From Eledone cirrhosa (lineage: Eukaryota): a DNA stretch of 64,000 nt. The position numbers and the translations under genes were made by a program. Numbering within the stretch: the stretch's first letter is position 1; each line of letters begins with the position of its first letter. The stretch is from the NCBI GenBank assembly GCA_964016885.1, contig OZ024740.1, forward strand, positions 398,412,001-398,476,000, read 5' to 3'. The notes below the pieces were generated by a model. That model searched no databases, was not told the DNA's origin, and worked only from the letters and a program-made list of their open reading frames with translations. Of the stretch, positions 23,422 to 37,731 are shown in pieces.

Positions 23422-23491
23422 ATTATTATTATTATTATTAACAACACAGATGGTGTAATGAAATATATGTGTATGTGTGCATGTGCATGCG

Positions 23492-23522
<31 letters not shown>

Positions 23523-23523
23523 G

Positions 23524-23567
<44 letters not shown>

Positions 23568-25378
23568 GCGCGCGCGCACAGGCACATGTATTGCACTGAT
23601 ACTTGTAAATGTTTCTTAAGAGTGTCAACCTTATTTCATACGTGTGCACGTATTGAACATGCAATTATGTTACAGTGTGTCATTAAAGGACTAAACAACG
23701 ATGAAACAGTTACATGCCCTATATTTATAAACCTATCTTTCATGCATGCAATCGACATGCTTGCAAGTCACATCTGCGTTTGATGCAAGTCCATGAAAAA
23801 GCATTTGCGTAATCGTTCGATCTACTAGTAATAGTGACCAAATTTATCATCTTAAATACGTTGGTTAATGTAGTCCTGTATACACTGTCTCAATAAAAGA
23901 CGAGATGATCACGGCTGGAATGACTTTGATCGGACGTTTGTTCGATTCGATTAGGAAAGGTGCTGACCTGGGGCGAATCAACAACAACTACAAAAATAAT
24001 TTGCATTAAATGTTTCACACAGTTCAATTGTAAACACATGTTTCTACTTTGTGGATGACAAACATTGGCATAAGATCGCATATTCTACGAATGTCAGGCT
24101 CAGCTAAATTTACCAGAATGAGGAAAAGTAAAATCGACTCTCAACCAAATATAAACTACAATGAATTTTGTTCGAGGCTTTATGTTGTCTACTATTAAAC
24201 GCCTTTGACTATTTTGTTGTATATAAAGGATAAACATTTATGTACCATGTCATGCTAACGTATGCAACAGACTGAGTCCATTACTTAATCTCTCAGCGTC
24301 AGTAATATATCAAGGGCGAGCGATCAAGCCTATTGATTTCAAAGAAAGACATTGTGATCGTTAGACCGGCGTACATTTTGACGATAATTAGTGAAACATA
24401 GGCCTATATCTAGAATTATTATTTCAAACACTACAATTACAATTATAAATGCATCCCACTGTTGCACACCTGTAATCAAAAGTCTACTCTAGATTACACG
24501 TTATTAAACACTATTCTATACACTTTAATTATAATTAACTTAAACTTTCAACCCCTGTTGATCAACCAACACCCACGTATCTGTAAAGGCAATAAAGTGA
24601 CAAGAAGAGAAAAGCAGACCTATGATTAAAGGTATTCCAACCGTGACTGTCCCCTCCTTTTCCTATGTACCACATTGGCTAGTGTGTATTTTTTTAAGAT
24701 GGTGGAGTGTGATTTGAGACACACTTGGCTGCTGTCTCCAGCAAGTCGACCGTCCATAAAAAAGATCCAGCGTATTTAGCAGTGTAGATAGTTTTGTTAA
24801 TGATGAACTCTTGTATTTATTATCATCGTTGTAGTTGTTTAGTTACAACTTAACCCGGATATAGCAGACCTATGATTAACGACGCTCCATAGCTATCATT
24901 TGTCTTTCTATTTTCGTATTGTATTTCGGATGTTAGGGATATTTGGAACTTATTTCTAGTAGGTCGAATGACAGTGTAGAGGCTGTCCCTACACTGTTGA
25001 CGATGGTGGTGGTGGTGGTGGTAATTGTCGACGTCATATGCACCAGCTTGATAAGGTGTTGGTGTCTAATTCATGCGATATCTACAAATCTTCTGTTTAC
25101 CGGTTGAGAATACAGAAAGCTGTCGCAGATAGGTTCTCTAAACGGTATATACACCCAGGCCGAACAGACATGCATAAACACGCACACGCACACATGCATT
25201 CACCAAATATCTAAGATCAAGATCAGGCGGTATTTTACACTTGTATCAACGAACACTACACCGTTATAATAATTACATTGATATAAAATGACTTATTTAT
25301 ACATGCGTACGTATGTGTGTGTTTGTATATATGTATGATGTGTTTACCATTATTATGTACGTATTTGTGAATGAATGT

Positions 25379-25441
<63 letters not shown>

Positions 25442-25731
25442 ACATGTATATATTTGTTTTACGTTTAGGTTCTTCACAGACAGGAATTTATGAAAATATG
25501 AGGGGGCTAATGTATGCAATTATGTATGCAATTATGTAGGTGTACGCATAGATATACTTGCTCTGATATAGTAGGTGTATATGAATGTGAGTGTTTACTC
25601 TATATGTGTGTGTGTGTGTGTGACAGTTCATAACTTTGCATGTTTAGCTGGCCTCCTCGAAGGTATATCTCGTTGGAGGTGTCTTGGGTGATTTAATGAT
25701 AGGGACCCCAGTTCTGTCATGTCATTTCTAC

Positions 25732-25862
25732 AGCTGAGTAAACTGGAGCAACGTGAATAAAGTGTCTTGCTCAAGGAAACAACGCATCACCCGGTCCGAG
25801 AATTGAACTCACAACCTTTCGATTGCAAGCTCAATGCTCTAACCACTAATCCATGCGCCTTC
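25732..25862 (-). mobile_element. Second tRNA-derived SINE family; related copy at about 57585-57705
   Basis: aagtgtcttgctcaaggaaacaac..gaactcacaacc..ctctaaccact is a reverse-strand tRNA-like head, repeated within the window. Confidence 0.65.
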
Positions 25863-27586
25863 ACTATATGCATGAATGCGTATGCTATATGTATATATAC
25901 GCTCAGTACAACCTGTTTAGTAACCCTCCCCACAAGGCTAGCTTGATGGAGGTGCAGGATTAGTTACAGATTATCCGGGGATTCTGAATTGTCAAGAACT
26001 ACTCCGGCACTCCTAACAAGCTAGCCTTATGAGGAAGGTTACTAAAAACCCATCTGAACATAAACAAAACCTGTCAAAAGTTGGTGACCGAGCACACATG
26101 TAAGACCACCGAGAATGGTGGATACCCAGTTCTGAACAGCAGAAGAAAAACACCTTATTAAAAATTTCACTGTCTTGCAGGCCAGAATGTAGCTCGCGAT
26201 TACTCTTGACAAACCTCCAACTAAGGTTCTAATAGTTTCACTCTGTTGAAAATGTAAGGGAGAGAAGAAGGCTAAGCGAAACAATAGTGACAGAAATACC
26301 GGAATGGAGCCTTGCAGACGGTTTCTTGTCAAACACAGCCAAGTTTCTTGTAAATTCAAATGATTCAGAGCGAAAGAGTGTTGGTGATGCTGCACCACTT
26401 TCACAACTTAAAACAAAGTTATCAACATGTCATGGCGTTGAGAACAATTGACGTGAGTTTCTTGGATCTACAAACATATAATGGATAGCAAAAGCGGAGC
26501 AACACATACGCCTATGAGAATGAAAGACTGCCCTTTCCATAGATTCCTTGCTTGTAATGGCACACAGATGTTTTCGTATAAGCAGGAGCAATCGCGATTC
26601 TTCGGTTCCTCGCGCGGTTGCTTTCTTCGTTAAAGTGTTGCTTAATAGAAATCGGGGTTTTCACTGTTCGCTGATATGGTGAATACGGTATTTCTTCTGG
26701 GAAACTGAAGTGGAAACATTTTGGAATGTTTTACAAATCCACACTGAACTATCAATCCATTAATTTGGAGGATACGACAATCTGCTTTCTTTCTTTCGTG
26801 GAAAGCACCAGCATTTCAAGATGCAAAGTTATTGTTACATAGCTCAGTGTGCTAATAATAATAGCAATAAATGGGAATCTATATCTAAGAAACAAGAGCT
26901 GTAAGTTATGCAAGAGTTCATCTTAGAAGTTTTCTTTTTCCACAGCTTTAGACGAAGCATCACATCCTTTCAACAGTATATGACTTTTGTCCTCAGTCAC
27001 CAGGCTCCCTGGTTTTTATTGGGAATTTAATATAGTGTTTTGCATTTTTAAAGATGTGGATACATTCTGGTTTTCGCGTACTTTCGTTACGACTGTCAAG
27101 ATAATTCTTCCTGCAGGTAGCATTGTAAATAGTTTGTGACACAATGCCATGGAGTGATAGTACCAACTATCCAGTCTAGTATGATAAATATTGTTATTGG
27201 CACTTGTACTGCAAAAACATCATGTGGTATATCGCATTGAATACGGACGGCTATTAATTCCATTCATTCCGAATTTTGCTGAATTATTCCTGGGCTAAAC
27301 AACCATTGAAATTTACGTTGTCGATGTTTACTATTTGTTAGACGAAAATACTTGTGTAAGCAGAGGTGTGCGGGAGCGCGTCTGTATAGCGTTCCTTCCC
27401 TGCAAAACGTTAACACATCCTTTCACTGACACAATCCACTCTTCCTTTGCCTCCTTCTTCGCTCAGAATAATTCCGCCTCCGTCAGCATATGTTATAATT
27501 CTCTCTTTCTTTCTCTCTCCTCTTCTCTTTCTTCTGTATTGTAGAACATAGCGGACGGACCAACCTGGGATCAACACACATTAGGC

Positions 27587-27654
<68 letters not shown>

Positions 27655-28094
27655 TAAATTTGAAGAATAGTCAGACAAAATTTATACATTTTTTCTCCTT
27701 AGTCCGTAGAAATCAACCAGATAAACAATCATTTAAACGGAGCTAAGTTTAAAATGTAACTTTGAAGAAATAACAGATAAATGTCACAGACTTTCCTCTA
27801 TGAGGAACAGTCAGATAAAATTTACCTAGTCTTTCCTCTTAGTTCGTAGAAATTAACTAGACAAATAATCATTTAAATGGAGCTAAGTCTAAAATGTAAG
27901 TTTGAAGAAAAAAATATAGATAAACATTACCAAAAATTCTCCCAGTCCTGACTATCGATAGATAGTTTCGCTCGTAGTTTGTGTAAATGTCTAATCGTTG
28001 TATTATCCATGAGGCTCCGAGCTTATATATATATATTTCGTTTCTGAATTTGTTTAGCAAGATTCTTTATCTGAAAACGTGTGTTGAAACCGAT

Positions 28095-28412
28095 ATTGTT
28101 ATACTTTGGGAGGGTCATGTTGCCAATAAGAAACACACGCACCAGTTGCTTTCACTTTAATTTATTATAAATTAAATTTATAAATTTAGGAATTTATAAA
28201 TTTCCGGTTGGTTGGTTGGTTCCACAACCAGACGATTGTTCATATAGTGTCAAAGTTCTTTCGTCACACATTCTGTGACCTCTTCAGTGACTGGGGATTC
28301 TTTTCTTTGTTTTTGTCCTACGCCAACTTGTTTTTGTGTGTCTTATAATAAATTGAAGTGCAAGCAACTGGTGCGTGTGTTTCTTATTGGCAACACGACC
28401 CTCCCAAAATAT

Positions 28413-28420
<8 letters not shown>
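28095..28420. repeat. ~75-bp inverted repeats ending in (TA)n; PLE-terminus-like
   Basis: 28095-28169 vs 28343-28419; the end ggcaa..gaccctcc..aaatataacaata(ta)n resembles 36995-37030. Confidence 0.7.
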
Positions 28421-28458
<38 letters not shown>

Positions 28459-30236
28459 AAGTATGTGTATGTATGTGTGTATGTTTACTCTCCCATGCTA
28501 GGTAGTTATAGCCTGCTTTCTACTAACACCAATGTTGAACCTATATATTTTAATTTCCTGCCTCTTAGTGTCCATCTCTCATGCTATTGTCACTACTTTC
28601 ATATATTATTACACACATGTGGGAACATGCTATATTACAGATAGCGCATTTGTCTTGTTACATGGTACGTGTATGTGGTGACGGAAAGACGGCGCCCTAC
28701 GGCTCTATCGCGAGTTACGGATCTAAGAAGAAAAGTGAAAGGCGGAGAATTACACGAAATGTTATAGTAACAAGTTAAAATATTTATTTTGTTAACCTTT
28801 ACGTTTGTGTTCAAGTCCCACCTGAGTACACATTGTATTTCATATTTCTGGACTTAAATGATTCTTTCTAACATTAGCAAGGAAGAGAAAAGTCGATTAT
28901 ATCGACCCCAGTACTTATCTGATATTTTATTCTATCGATTCCATCCCAACAGAACGATAAAAGGCAAAGTTGACCTCGGTGGGATTCGAATCCAGAACTT
29001 AAAAATTCGTAACAAAATGCCGCAAAGTTCCTTTTTTGTCATACGCTCTACCGACACTACCACTCTACTCCTCTAGTTCTGAAGTTATATAATATAGGTT
29101 CTAATAATATACTAAAGGAAACTAGACCACCTATACATTAGACTCGCCACCTACTCCAATGTCACTTAGAAATAAGTCAATGATAAAGATGCCACGGTAG
29201 CGTTTTTGTGTTGTTCCAGTCACCTCTTACCAAGAAGACTTTAATTTTATTTGGCAGATGAATATCTATCCGACTGAACGACTAGGTATATATTGAGCAG
29301 AACCAGTGAAACCATGTCTCGACTTAGTTGAAGACCACAATACATATTCCCTATACAAGCCTAATCCACCACCCGTTGTAACAGCACCGCCTTTGATAAT
29401 TTGATATCAGGATCTGCTCTTTTCTATTGCAGCAACCCATGACTTGCAGTTAACACACACACACACATACACACACTTGTGTCGGATTCCTTGCTAAAAG
29501 CTTCTAGGATCTTCCCCTTCTGTCGAAGTCACAAACAAGTTGTGACATTTGTGGATTGACAAAAACAGGAGAATGGATTCAGTCGGAGAGCAAATGTTAG
29601 CAACTGTTGCTGTTGTCCTGCGAAGTATTTAGGACTAGCGGGTTACTGGCATTACTGGAATGTTTTTAATGCCCCTTTCGTGCGAATGGTGTTCTTATGA
29701 TGGTGTATAGGGAAATTAATATATTACAACAGTGAATGTTATTGATGTGATTTTTAACCCCAAGTTATATTTGATTCAGCAGGCCTATGTTCAAAGACAT
29801 TCTAGTAATGACCATCTCATATTTTTTTCAAGTAACTCGGACTATATGAACCAAAATATTAATTTTAAGACGATGAGTGAGATTTAAGGGAGATTTGGGT
29901 TGCTATTTTCACAGATCGATAGATCACATAGCGACGCATTATTTGTGGGTAAATTACAGAAACGATTAGATGCTTTTGTACCATATACTTATCTAAGTAG
30001 ACTTGAGTCAATGAGAAAAATTAAGTGGCATGTCCATAACATATCATTGTGTCGATGACTGGAAGTGAACTACAAGACAGTCAGTATACAAACAGCTGCT
30101 AATATATATTTGTCCAACTGCTGCTGACAGTTATCATGAAGAATAGAAGTATGCTATCAAGACTGACAAGTAAATTACACTTATTTTCTCTCCTCCTCTT
30201 CGTACTATTAAATATTTATTCATTGACATGAAATGA

Positions 30237-30282
<46 letters not shown>

Positions 30283-30450
30283 GGGGGGGGTTGGAAATAG
30301 CATGGAAAAAATATTTAGAGTGTGTTTTTCTTTTTTTTATCCTTTCTTTGATTCGACAAAGTGACATTATTGAAAAGTTGATATTATTGAAAAAATGAGA
30401 GGGACAATTCTGTTTTAAAAAAAGTGTTATAATATATATAAAGTATTACC

Positions 30451-30622
30451 TAAATGTAAGTATGTATGTATACGTACATACATATATGTATACAGACGTA
30501 CAGTAGCATGCATATATATATATATATATATACATATATATACACATATATATATATATATGCATGCTACTGTACGTCTGTATACATATATGTATGTACG
30601 TATACATACATACTTACATTTA
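30451..30622. repeat. Palindrome centred on a (TA)n tract
   Basis: taaatgtaagtatg...gcatgc (TA)n gcatgc...catacttacattta. Confidence 0.85.
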
Positions 30623-31047
30623 AGTAAGTGCCATACTAAGAGTGAGAAATGAAATTTCGTTTTCATTTTTTTCAACTTAAAGTATTACCGGTTTCGATGT
30701 ATTATCAAATGTTGAGTATTGAAATAAAAAATTAAAAAGAATTAATAGGAGTTAAAAATTAAAGATTTAAAATTAACTGTTGGAGTAAGTTTTTTTCCAT
30801 CTTTCTTGCTTTCAGCTGAGTATACTGGTGCAACGTGAAATGAAGTGTTTTGCTCGCACAAACACACACTCTTATACTTATATATATATACACAAATGCA
30901 TACATATATATATATAGAGAGAGAAATTACCGCGAACTCGCTGCATAACTATGAAAACATCTTGTTGAGTCAAACAAAGCCGTACGTTAAAACTATCTTC
31001 GACGCGGAGTACTCTAACTGGATTACCTATAACGATAACTTGTTATC

Positions 31048-31090
<43 letters not shown>

Positions 31091-31497
31091 GTGTGTGTGT
31101 GTATATATATATGTATGTATTTATGTGTATATATATATATATATAAGTATAAGAGTGTGTGTGTGTGAGAGTCAGGGCATATGTGTGTGTGTGAATGTGC
31201 TTGTAAGACACCTGACCATTAGCCATTGTTAGCTTAAGTGAACCTTAAAAATCAGGAGTGGCACCCCCAGGGTGAATTTGTCTATAGAATTCTTTCTACC
31301 TTTGTTACTCTAAATATAGTTTTTAAAGAATTCCCTTTTCTTTAAACCCATCAACCAATGACCTCCACCCATCCCAATCACCACCCTCTCCTACCACCAG
31401 AAAAGATATAAATACCACCATATTACTTGCATAGTCAGCTTCCTGATGACTTCTCCCGAATGAAACAGTTCTAGTCCTGTAGAAGCCTTTTCTATAT

Positions 31498-31585
<88 letters not shown>

Positions 31586-32362
31586 CATATACGGTATATA
31601 TATATATATATAAATATATATATACATATGGAGAGAGAGAGAGATATATACATATAGGCGTTTACGTGTGTATACTCACATATCTGCACACACACACACA
31701 CACACACACACTCTCTCACTCCCATAGAAAGTTTGCCTTCCTGACACGTGCGCCACTTAAAAGAAAATATCTCGCAATCCCTTGTAAGACTTATTCCTTC
31801 ATTAGAATGGTTTTTTAACGTTGACAGAAGGCCACACAAGTTGTGGACGATGAGGAGTCGATTTAATCGATCAAGTACTTAACTGGTACTTCTTTCCTCA
31901 GCTACACGACCCTAACTATTATACCCCACTACCAATACCGCCCTGGCAGGATTTGAAATCCTACGTAAAAGTTTGTAACTAGATAATACTTTCTATTTTA
32001 GGCAAGCAGCTCGCAGTTTTGAAGGCAGGAAAAGTCAATTAAATCGATCCCAGTATCTGACTGGCACTTTATTTTATCAACCCTTGAAGGGTGAAAAATA
32101 AAGTTGACCTCAACGGGATTTGAACTCGGGTCTTAAATGGCTGGAAAACAATATTTTGTCCAACGCTCTAACAATTCTGTCAAACCATTGTTCCTCGGTT
32201 TACGACTTGATAATGCCACGAAATTTAGAATATTCTATTGTCTCTAGTATCTACAACCCTAACTATTATAACATTACGTACACCAGAGTTTAAAGTACGG
32301 AAGACTTTCACATAAATGATATAGTGAGTTGAAAAACTACGATCAACTGAGATCATCTAAAC

Positions 32363-32702
32363 CAGGGGTTCTCAACATTTTTTTTCGCTGTGGACCACCA
32401 AAATAAGTAATTTTTTTCCTGTGGACCACCTAAACTTTTAAATCTTTTGTAATAAAACTGCTACTTATAAGCATCAGTAGATGTTTTTTTTCAATGAATT
32501 AGAAAATACTATTATCATGTCGCAGTGCCTAAAAATCTACGCAAATAAACAGCTGAAGTCGTACTTATGCGAAGAATAAGAACAGCGCTTTAAGTCAAAT
32601 GCATGGATCAAAAAAGAATTTGCTATTGAAAATTTTCAGTGGACCACCTGAATTTTCCTGTGGACCACTAGTGGTCCACATGGACCAGGTTGAGAACCCC
32701 TG
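32363..32702. mobile_element. hAT (Charlie-like) MITE
   Basis: TIR CAGGGGTTCTCAAC at both ends, 8-bp TSD ATCTAAAC, subterminal GTGGACCA repeats. Confidence 0.92.
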
Positions 32703-33846
32703 ATCTAAACAACAGAATGATCAAAACTCCCTATAAAATTATTCAAAATGTAAAACCAACTAGCAAAGGAGATAACTCCAATAAGATCAGTTGATTGACT
32801 GGGGGGGGGGGGGGGGGGGCGTAGTTAACGAACCACCTATATTGCTTATGTACAGCTACGAATTGACAGAGACGTTGACGCATTGGATAGAATGCTTCAT
32901 AGTTTTCATTCTGGCTGGCTACGATCTGAGTTCAAATTTCGCCAATGTCAACTTTACCTTTCATCCACTCGGGGTCGATGACGTAGAAAGAGAAAGCTCA
33001 CTGCTGTATAGCAGTGTTCTGTCCATAAAAAGAACTATTCTTCCTCTGCTTAACACTATACAAATCTGAAATAAAGGATACTGAGTAAGATTAGCTGAGA
33101 GCTATGAAATCTTCAAACATTTGGACGTTTGCCTTAGAGGAATTCATATTTATTTACACTTACATTCTAACTATATTAATATCTCTCATTCTTTCACCTC
33201 TCCCTTTCTCTCTCCCTCTCTCCCTCTCTTTCTCACTCACACACTCTTTCGTCCTCTCACTCACTATCCACACGTGACCGAATATACGTGTGTACGCTAC
33301 AAGAGAGAGAAGTACGAAGTCGAACAAATTCCAATCAACCAATAAGCCCCACCCAACCCGCCTACTTGTAATTCTTCTGAAATGTTAATTACCATAAATA
33401 TAATTATTTTCATCTAACCCCAAACCACCACCACAAACTCCAGCACCACCTCCATCATCATCACCAAAACCACTATCAAAACCCTCATGGCCTACACATT
33501 ATCATCATCCCCATCACTACCACTACAATCATCAACATTAGAATTTATGCCATAGAAGCCTCACCCGTCAATGCAACCACTACGATAATGAACCCCTTCT
33601 ACCACCATCACCACTGCCAACATTAAAACAGCATCAACAAAAGCTACCTTCATTTCATTTTAACACTTTAGAGTGAGAATACTTTTCCCATCCACTAATA
33701 GACGTAAATGTATACAGATGTATATAACGTAAACAAGCTATCTTAAAGCGTATTTGGCATTTTGGCAATATCATTGAATTTTCTATATGGTGAGTAATTA
33801 GTGCATGTTCTTGCACACACACACACACACACACATACACACACAC

Positions 33847-33903
<57 letters not shown>

Positions 33904-33905
<2 letters not shown>

Positions 33906-33990
33906 AACGAGTAGGACCCCGACGGCTGAACTCAAGCCGTTTCGACGGCTAATTCTGGACTGAATTAGCCGTCGGGGTCCTACTCGTTCC
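33904..33990. repeat. Variant of the 891-1008 palindrome
   Basis: Same left arm, shorter right arm, then extra unique sequence before (TA)n. Confidence 0.85.
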
Positions 33991-34069
33991 TATTACCCAC
34001 TCTACTACCCTAAGTATCGAGTACTTTGGTGCGTTATAGTCCACCTGGTTCCTTACCACATTTCGTTCG

Positions 34070-34188
<119 letters not shown>

Positions 34189-34189
34189 A

Positions 34190-34290
<101 letters not shown>

Positions 34291-34414
34291 TTGTCCTTAA
34301 CACTAAGACTTATTAAAATAATATAAACAATTCACTATCCAGATGGCTTCCAAAAATAATGGTTGCATTTTAAAAGGGTACGTCAAAGCTTATTTGTAAA
34401 ACTGTTATATATTG

Positions 34415-34479
34415 TATTTTGTCTGATGAAGGCATACCATAATTTAATTTGGTATCCCTGAAATATGTATAATGAAATA
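34415..34479 (+). ncRNA. Type I hammerhead ribozyme motif (1403 family)
   Basis: tattttgt-CTGATGA-aggcatacca/tggtatccct-GAAA-TATGTA-TA-atgaaata. Confidence 0.75.
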
Positions 34480-35158
34480 AATATGGTTTTATAAATATAG
34501 TTTCCATTTATTAATATCGTATATATATATATATATATATGAAAAATATGAAAACATGGCGTGCTGCGTGGTTGCAAATGGGTTACATATGAATGAATTT
34601 AGTCCTTCATCAGTGATCTTCCAGCCTTCATTGGTATTTCATCGCTTTAAATACCATATACCCCTGTTTGGAGCGAGCAACGGCTAAAGAAAGTCGTTGG
34701 GACACGTAAATAGGGGGAATGAGCGATACAGTAAACAAGCAAAGATGGTAATGCAACGAAAAGTGTGGAAGAAGGAGTCAAGTCCCTGAAATCGATGAAC
34801 ATAAGTTCTGTGAAATCGTAGACGAGAGAGAATAAAGACCATCAAACCTGGTCGAAATGTGAGTGAGGAAAGAATTTCGCACAGGTCAAACGGGAGGAAG
34901 TAGGAGAGGGAGTAGCAGAGTATATATATATTGTATATATACAGTATATATATATATATATATTTATTTAGGTTTGTTGGTTCACCACTGGGTAGAACTG
35001 GTCATTGCGTATGGTCAACCTGGATGTAATATTATGGAGAGCACTCAACGTAATGCAACTCACCCGTCTCCGTTTGTGTAGTTGGTGGTGCGAGTACGGA
35101 GTTAATTATTATAAAATAACAGGAGGCTGGACTGGTGTAATTCCTTAAAAGGTTTATT

Positions 35159-35216
35159 ATACTTTGATCATTTCAATGACCGGGTTCAGTATGAATCCGG
35201 TGACATCATCAGGTAT
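35159..35216 (-). ncRNA. Hammerhead motif, probably inactive (AA in place of UH)
   Basis: atac-CTGATGA-..accggattca/tgaacccggt..-GAAA-TGATCA-AA-gtat on the minus strand. Confidence 0.6.
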
Positions 35217-35414
35217 TCGAAATATAACAAAGGAATATAATAGACAAAATCCATGGTACTGAACGTCAGAGACATGAGGGCGGCCGACCATTTAGCAGCT
35301 ACTAGCCCAGTCAAGACTTGAGGGCAGCCGACCGGGGTTGAAGCTGTTAAATGTTCGGTCGCCCTCATGTCTCTGATTTTCAGCCACATGGATTTTGTCT
35401 ATTATATTCCTTTG

Positions 35415-37030
35415 GTGAGAAAATGGTCGCACATGCAATAGGGGCTAGTATTAAGACTACCCTAAAGGGCCATATGTTTAAATTTAATGAAAAAATCTAC
35501 ACCCAGAATGAGGGAGCAGCCATTGGCGTTAGCATGGCGGGCGATGTTGCCAATCTATTTATGGTATGGTGGGTAAGGAGACACGGAGAACCCCTAGAAG
35601 AGAACTCCATAGCCCTCGTCATGTACTCTCGTTACATAGACGATATTATATAGTAATAAGAACACCCTCCACAAGAGAGTACCAATAGATCTGAACTAGA
35701 AAATAGCACAATGGAGAGCATCCAGCAGATAGCTAATGCCATACACCAGAGTATAACTGTAACCATTGACAACCCTTCCAAACACCCTGACAATAGACTA
35801 CCAGTATTAGACACGGAACTCTGGATTAACACTATAAACGAGAGGGCTCAAATTCTCCACTCACACTATGCTAATCCCATGACCTCCAAATACCTGATAC
35901 TCAAAAACTCAGCAATGTCCAGTAGTGCTAAGTTTAATATTCTGATCACAGACTTAGTAAGAGTGATGAAGAATGTGTTCCGCATGAAATGGAGAGACAC
36001 ATCCAACACTTCATCAATCGCATGCAGTTCTCTGGCTACAACCAAAGAGATAGAATCAGAGTATACAAAGGAGCCACGGAGAAATATAAGACCCTCGTGG
36101 AAATGAAAATGAAAGGAATTTGCCCATTTTACAGGAGCAAATCATGGAATAGCTTAGATAGGACTAAACATAAGATAGCCACTTCATGGTACGACAACCA
36201 GAGATACTAGAGTTTCATGTTCATGGATGCTACCCCTGAAGGGAAATTAGCTAAGCAATATGGAAAGGCCCTAAGAAAGACCCATCTAAAAGCCAGGAAC
36301 TGCCATAAAATCCCTGATCAGCAAAACATAACCTTTTAAGAAAACCCACTGTACTAATAAGAAATGTGTTATATGTAAAGTAAACCCCCAGATAAACTGC
36401 AAAACTAGAAATGTAGTCTATAGCATAAGATGTACAGAGGGTACTTGCAAAAACATGACAACGACATACATAGGTGAGACAGTTCGAAGCATAGGAGAAA
36501 TAATAAACCAACACTGGGGGGAACTAAAAGGACAAAAAAAAAAAACGGTTCAGTACTATATGTACACGCTATACAAAGACATGACGGTAATATAGACAAC
36601 ATAGAAATTAAAATATCTAAGCATAGTAATGACTCAACAGGAAGGCAAATCAGAGAAGCAACTGAGATAGAACTAAGAAAACCAAAGTTGAACAGAAAAA
36701 AGGAATGGAATAACAACAACCATACCCAAACAAACAACACTGACCTAAGGGAAATATAAATAAATAAACAAATAAATAAATACATAAATAAGCACACACT
36801 AATGAACAAAGATAGAATACAAAAACACATACACTCAAACTATATATGTGTATTTGTATCTGTATTTTTAACCGTTGGTCAATCAATGATGAACATTGGT
36901 TGCCGGATGAATTAGCTATGGAGATGTGAAGGACACGGAGGCGAGTAACAAGCAAGCAGTGAGTGTGTTCTATTGTTGTTTCTGGCAATATTGTGGCAAT
37001 ATGACCCTCCTCAAATATAACAATATATAT
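35415..37030 (+). mobile_element. 5'-truncated Penelope-like element (Naiad-like), disrupted RT and GIY-YIG
   Basis: YTQNEGAAIG..VANLFM, RYIDD and LPVLD motifs; my translation of about 36335-36710 gives C-C-C-C, VVYSIRC, YIGETVR, RQIREA and LNRKKEW. Confidence 0.85.
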
Positions 37031-37060
37031 ATATATATAAATAGCTTAGAGTTTAGACTC

Positions 37061-37284
37061 GTGGAGGGGACAATTTTCTTTAACCATCCCTGGAAACTTT
37101 TTGAGGGATGGTTAAAGAAAATTGGCCCGCCACGCTTTTTGGAACGCTTCAAAAAGGCATGCTTGCTGGGAACAGCAACGACCCTCCGATACGTCCTGAA
37201 TATCTGAGGCTGCAGGTAGTGGCTTGATATTCATTTCAACAAACTTTCCAGTTAACTAACATCAATGACTGAGACTCAAAGAAC

Positions 37285-37338
<54 letters not shown>
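37061..37338 (+). mobile_element. 3' end of a Dong-type element (21874 family) with 5' inversion and (TAA)n tail
   Basis: KKACLLGTATTLRYVLNI; the 3' UTR is the reverse complement of 21874-21940. Confidence 0.85.
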
Positions 37339-37340
<2 letters not shown>

Positions 37341-37656
37341 ACTATTAATAATTATTAATGCAATCGTACAATGCCTGTGCGTGACGAATATTTTTAAAGT
37401 GAGGAAAGACTGTGCACTGAACCAATCCCACTCTCTGAGCGACAGTAGCTATAACCCGAAAAGAAGGAAAGATCAACATCATCGGTAACTACTGAGCCGC
37501 AGGTTTTATTCGGAGTTAACCCAGTTTCCTGAGATGCCTTCTCCTAAAAGAATGCCCTGACAAGGGCTAGGGGTTCTTCACTCCCAGTGGTTTAACTGCG
37601 CGATCGGGCATCAAGCTCAATTATTTCTATGTCTCCGCGTAAAAAAGAAAAGAAAA

Positions 37657-37731
<75 letters not shown>

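Noticed and set aside
26040-27500. Unique, moderately complex sequence that might be a host exon or a decayed transposase
   Set aside because: No recognisable motif or long ORF; needs BLASTX.
27655-27930. Short direct repeats resembling a CRISPR array
   Set aside because: Degenerate tandem duplications in eukaryotic DNA with no repeat-spacer regularity.
31436-31486. CTGATGA..GAAA..TA hammerhead-like motif
   Set aside because: Stem II closure, the stem III palindrome and stem I are all poor; at best a decayed copy.
34600-34618. CTGATGA on the minus strand (also 54873 on the plus strand)
   Set aside because: No stem II plus GAAA partner follows.
36878-36925. SECIS or hammerhead downstream of the Naiad-like ORF
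   Set aside because: No in-frame TGA at Cys positions and no apical AA motif; the hammerhead core is too degenerate (ATGATGA..GAAT TAGCTA).
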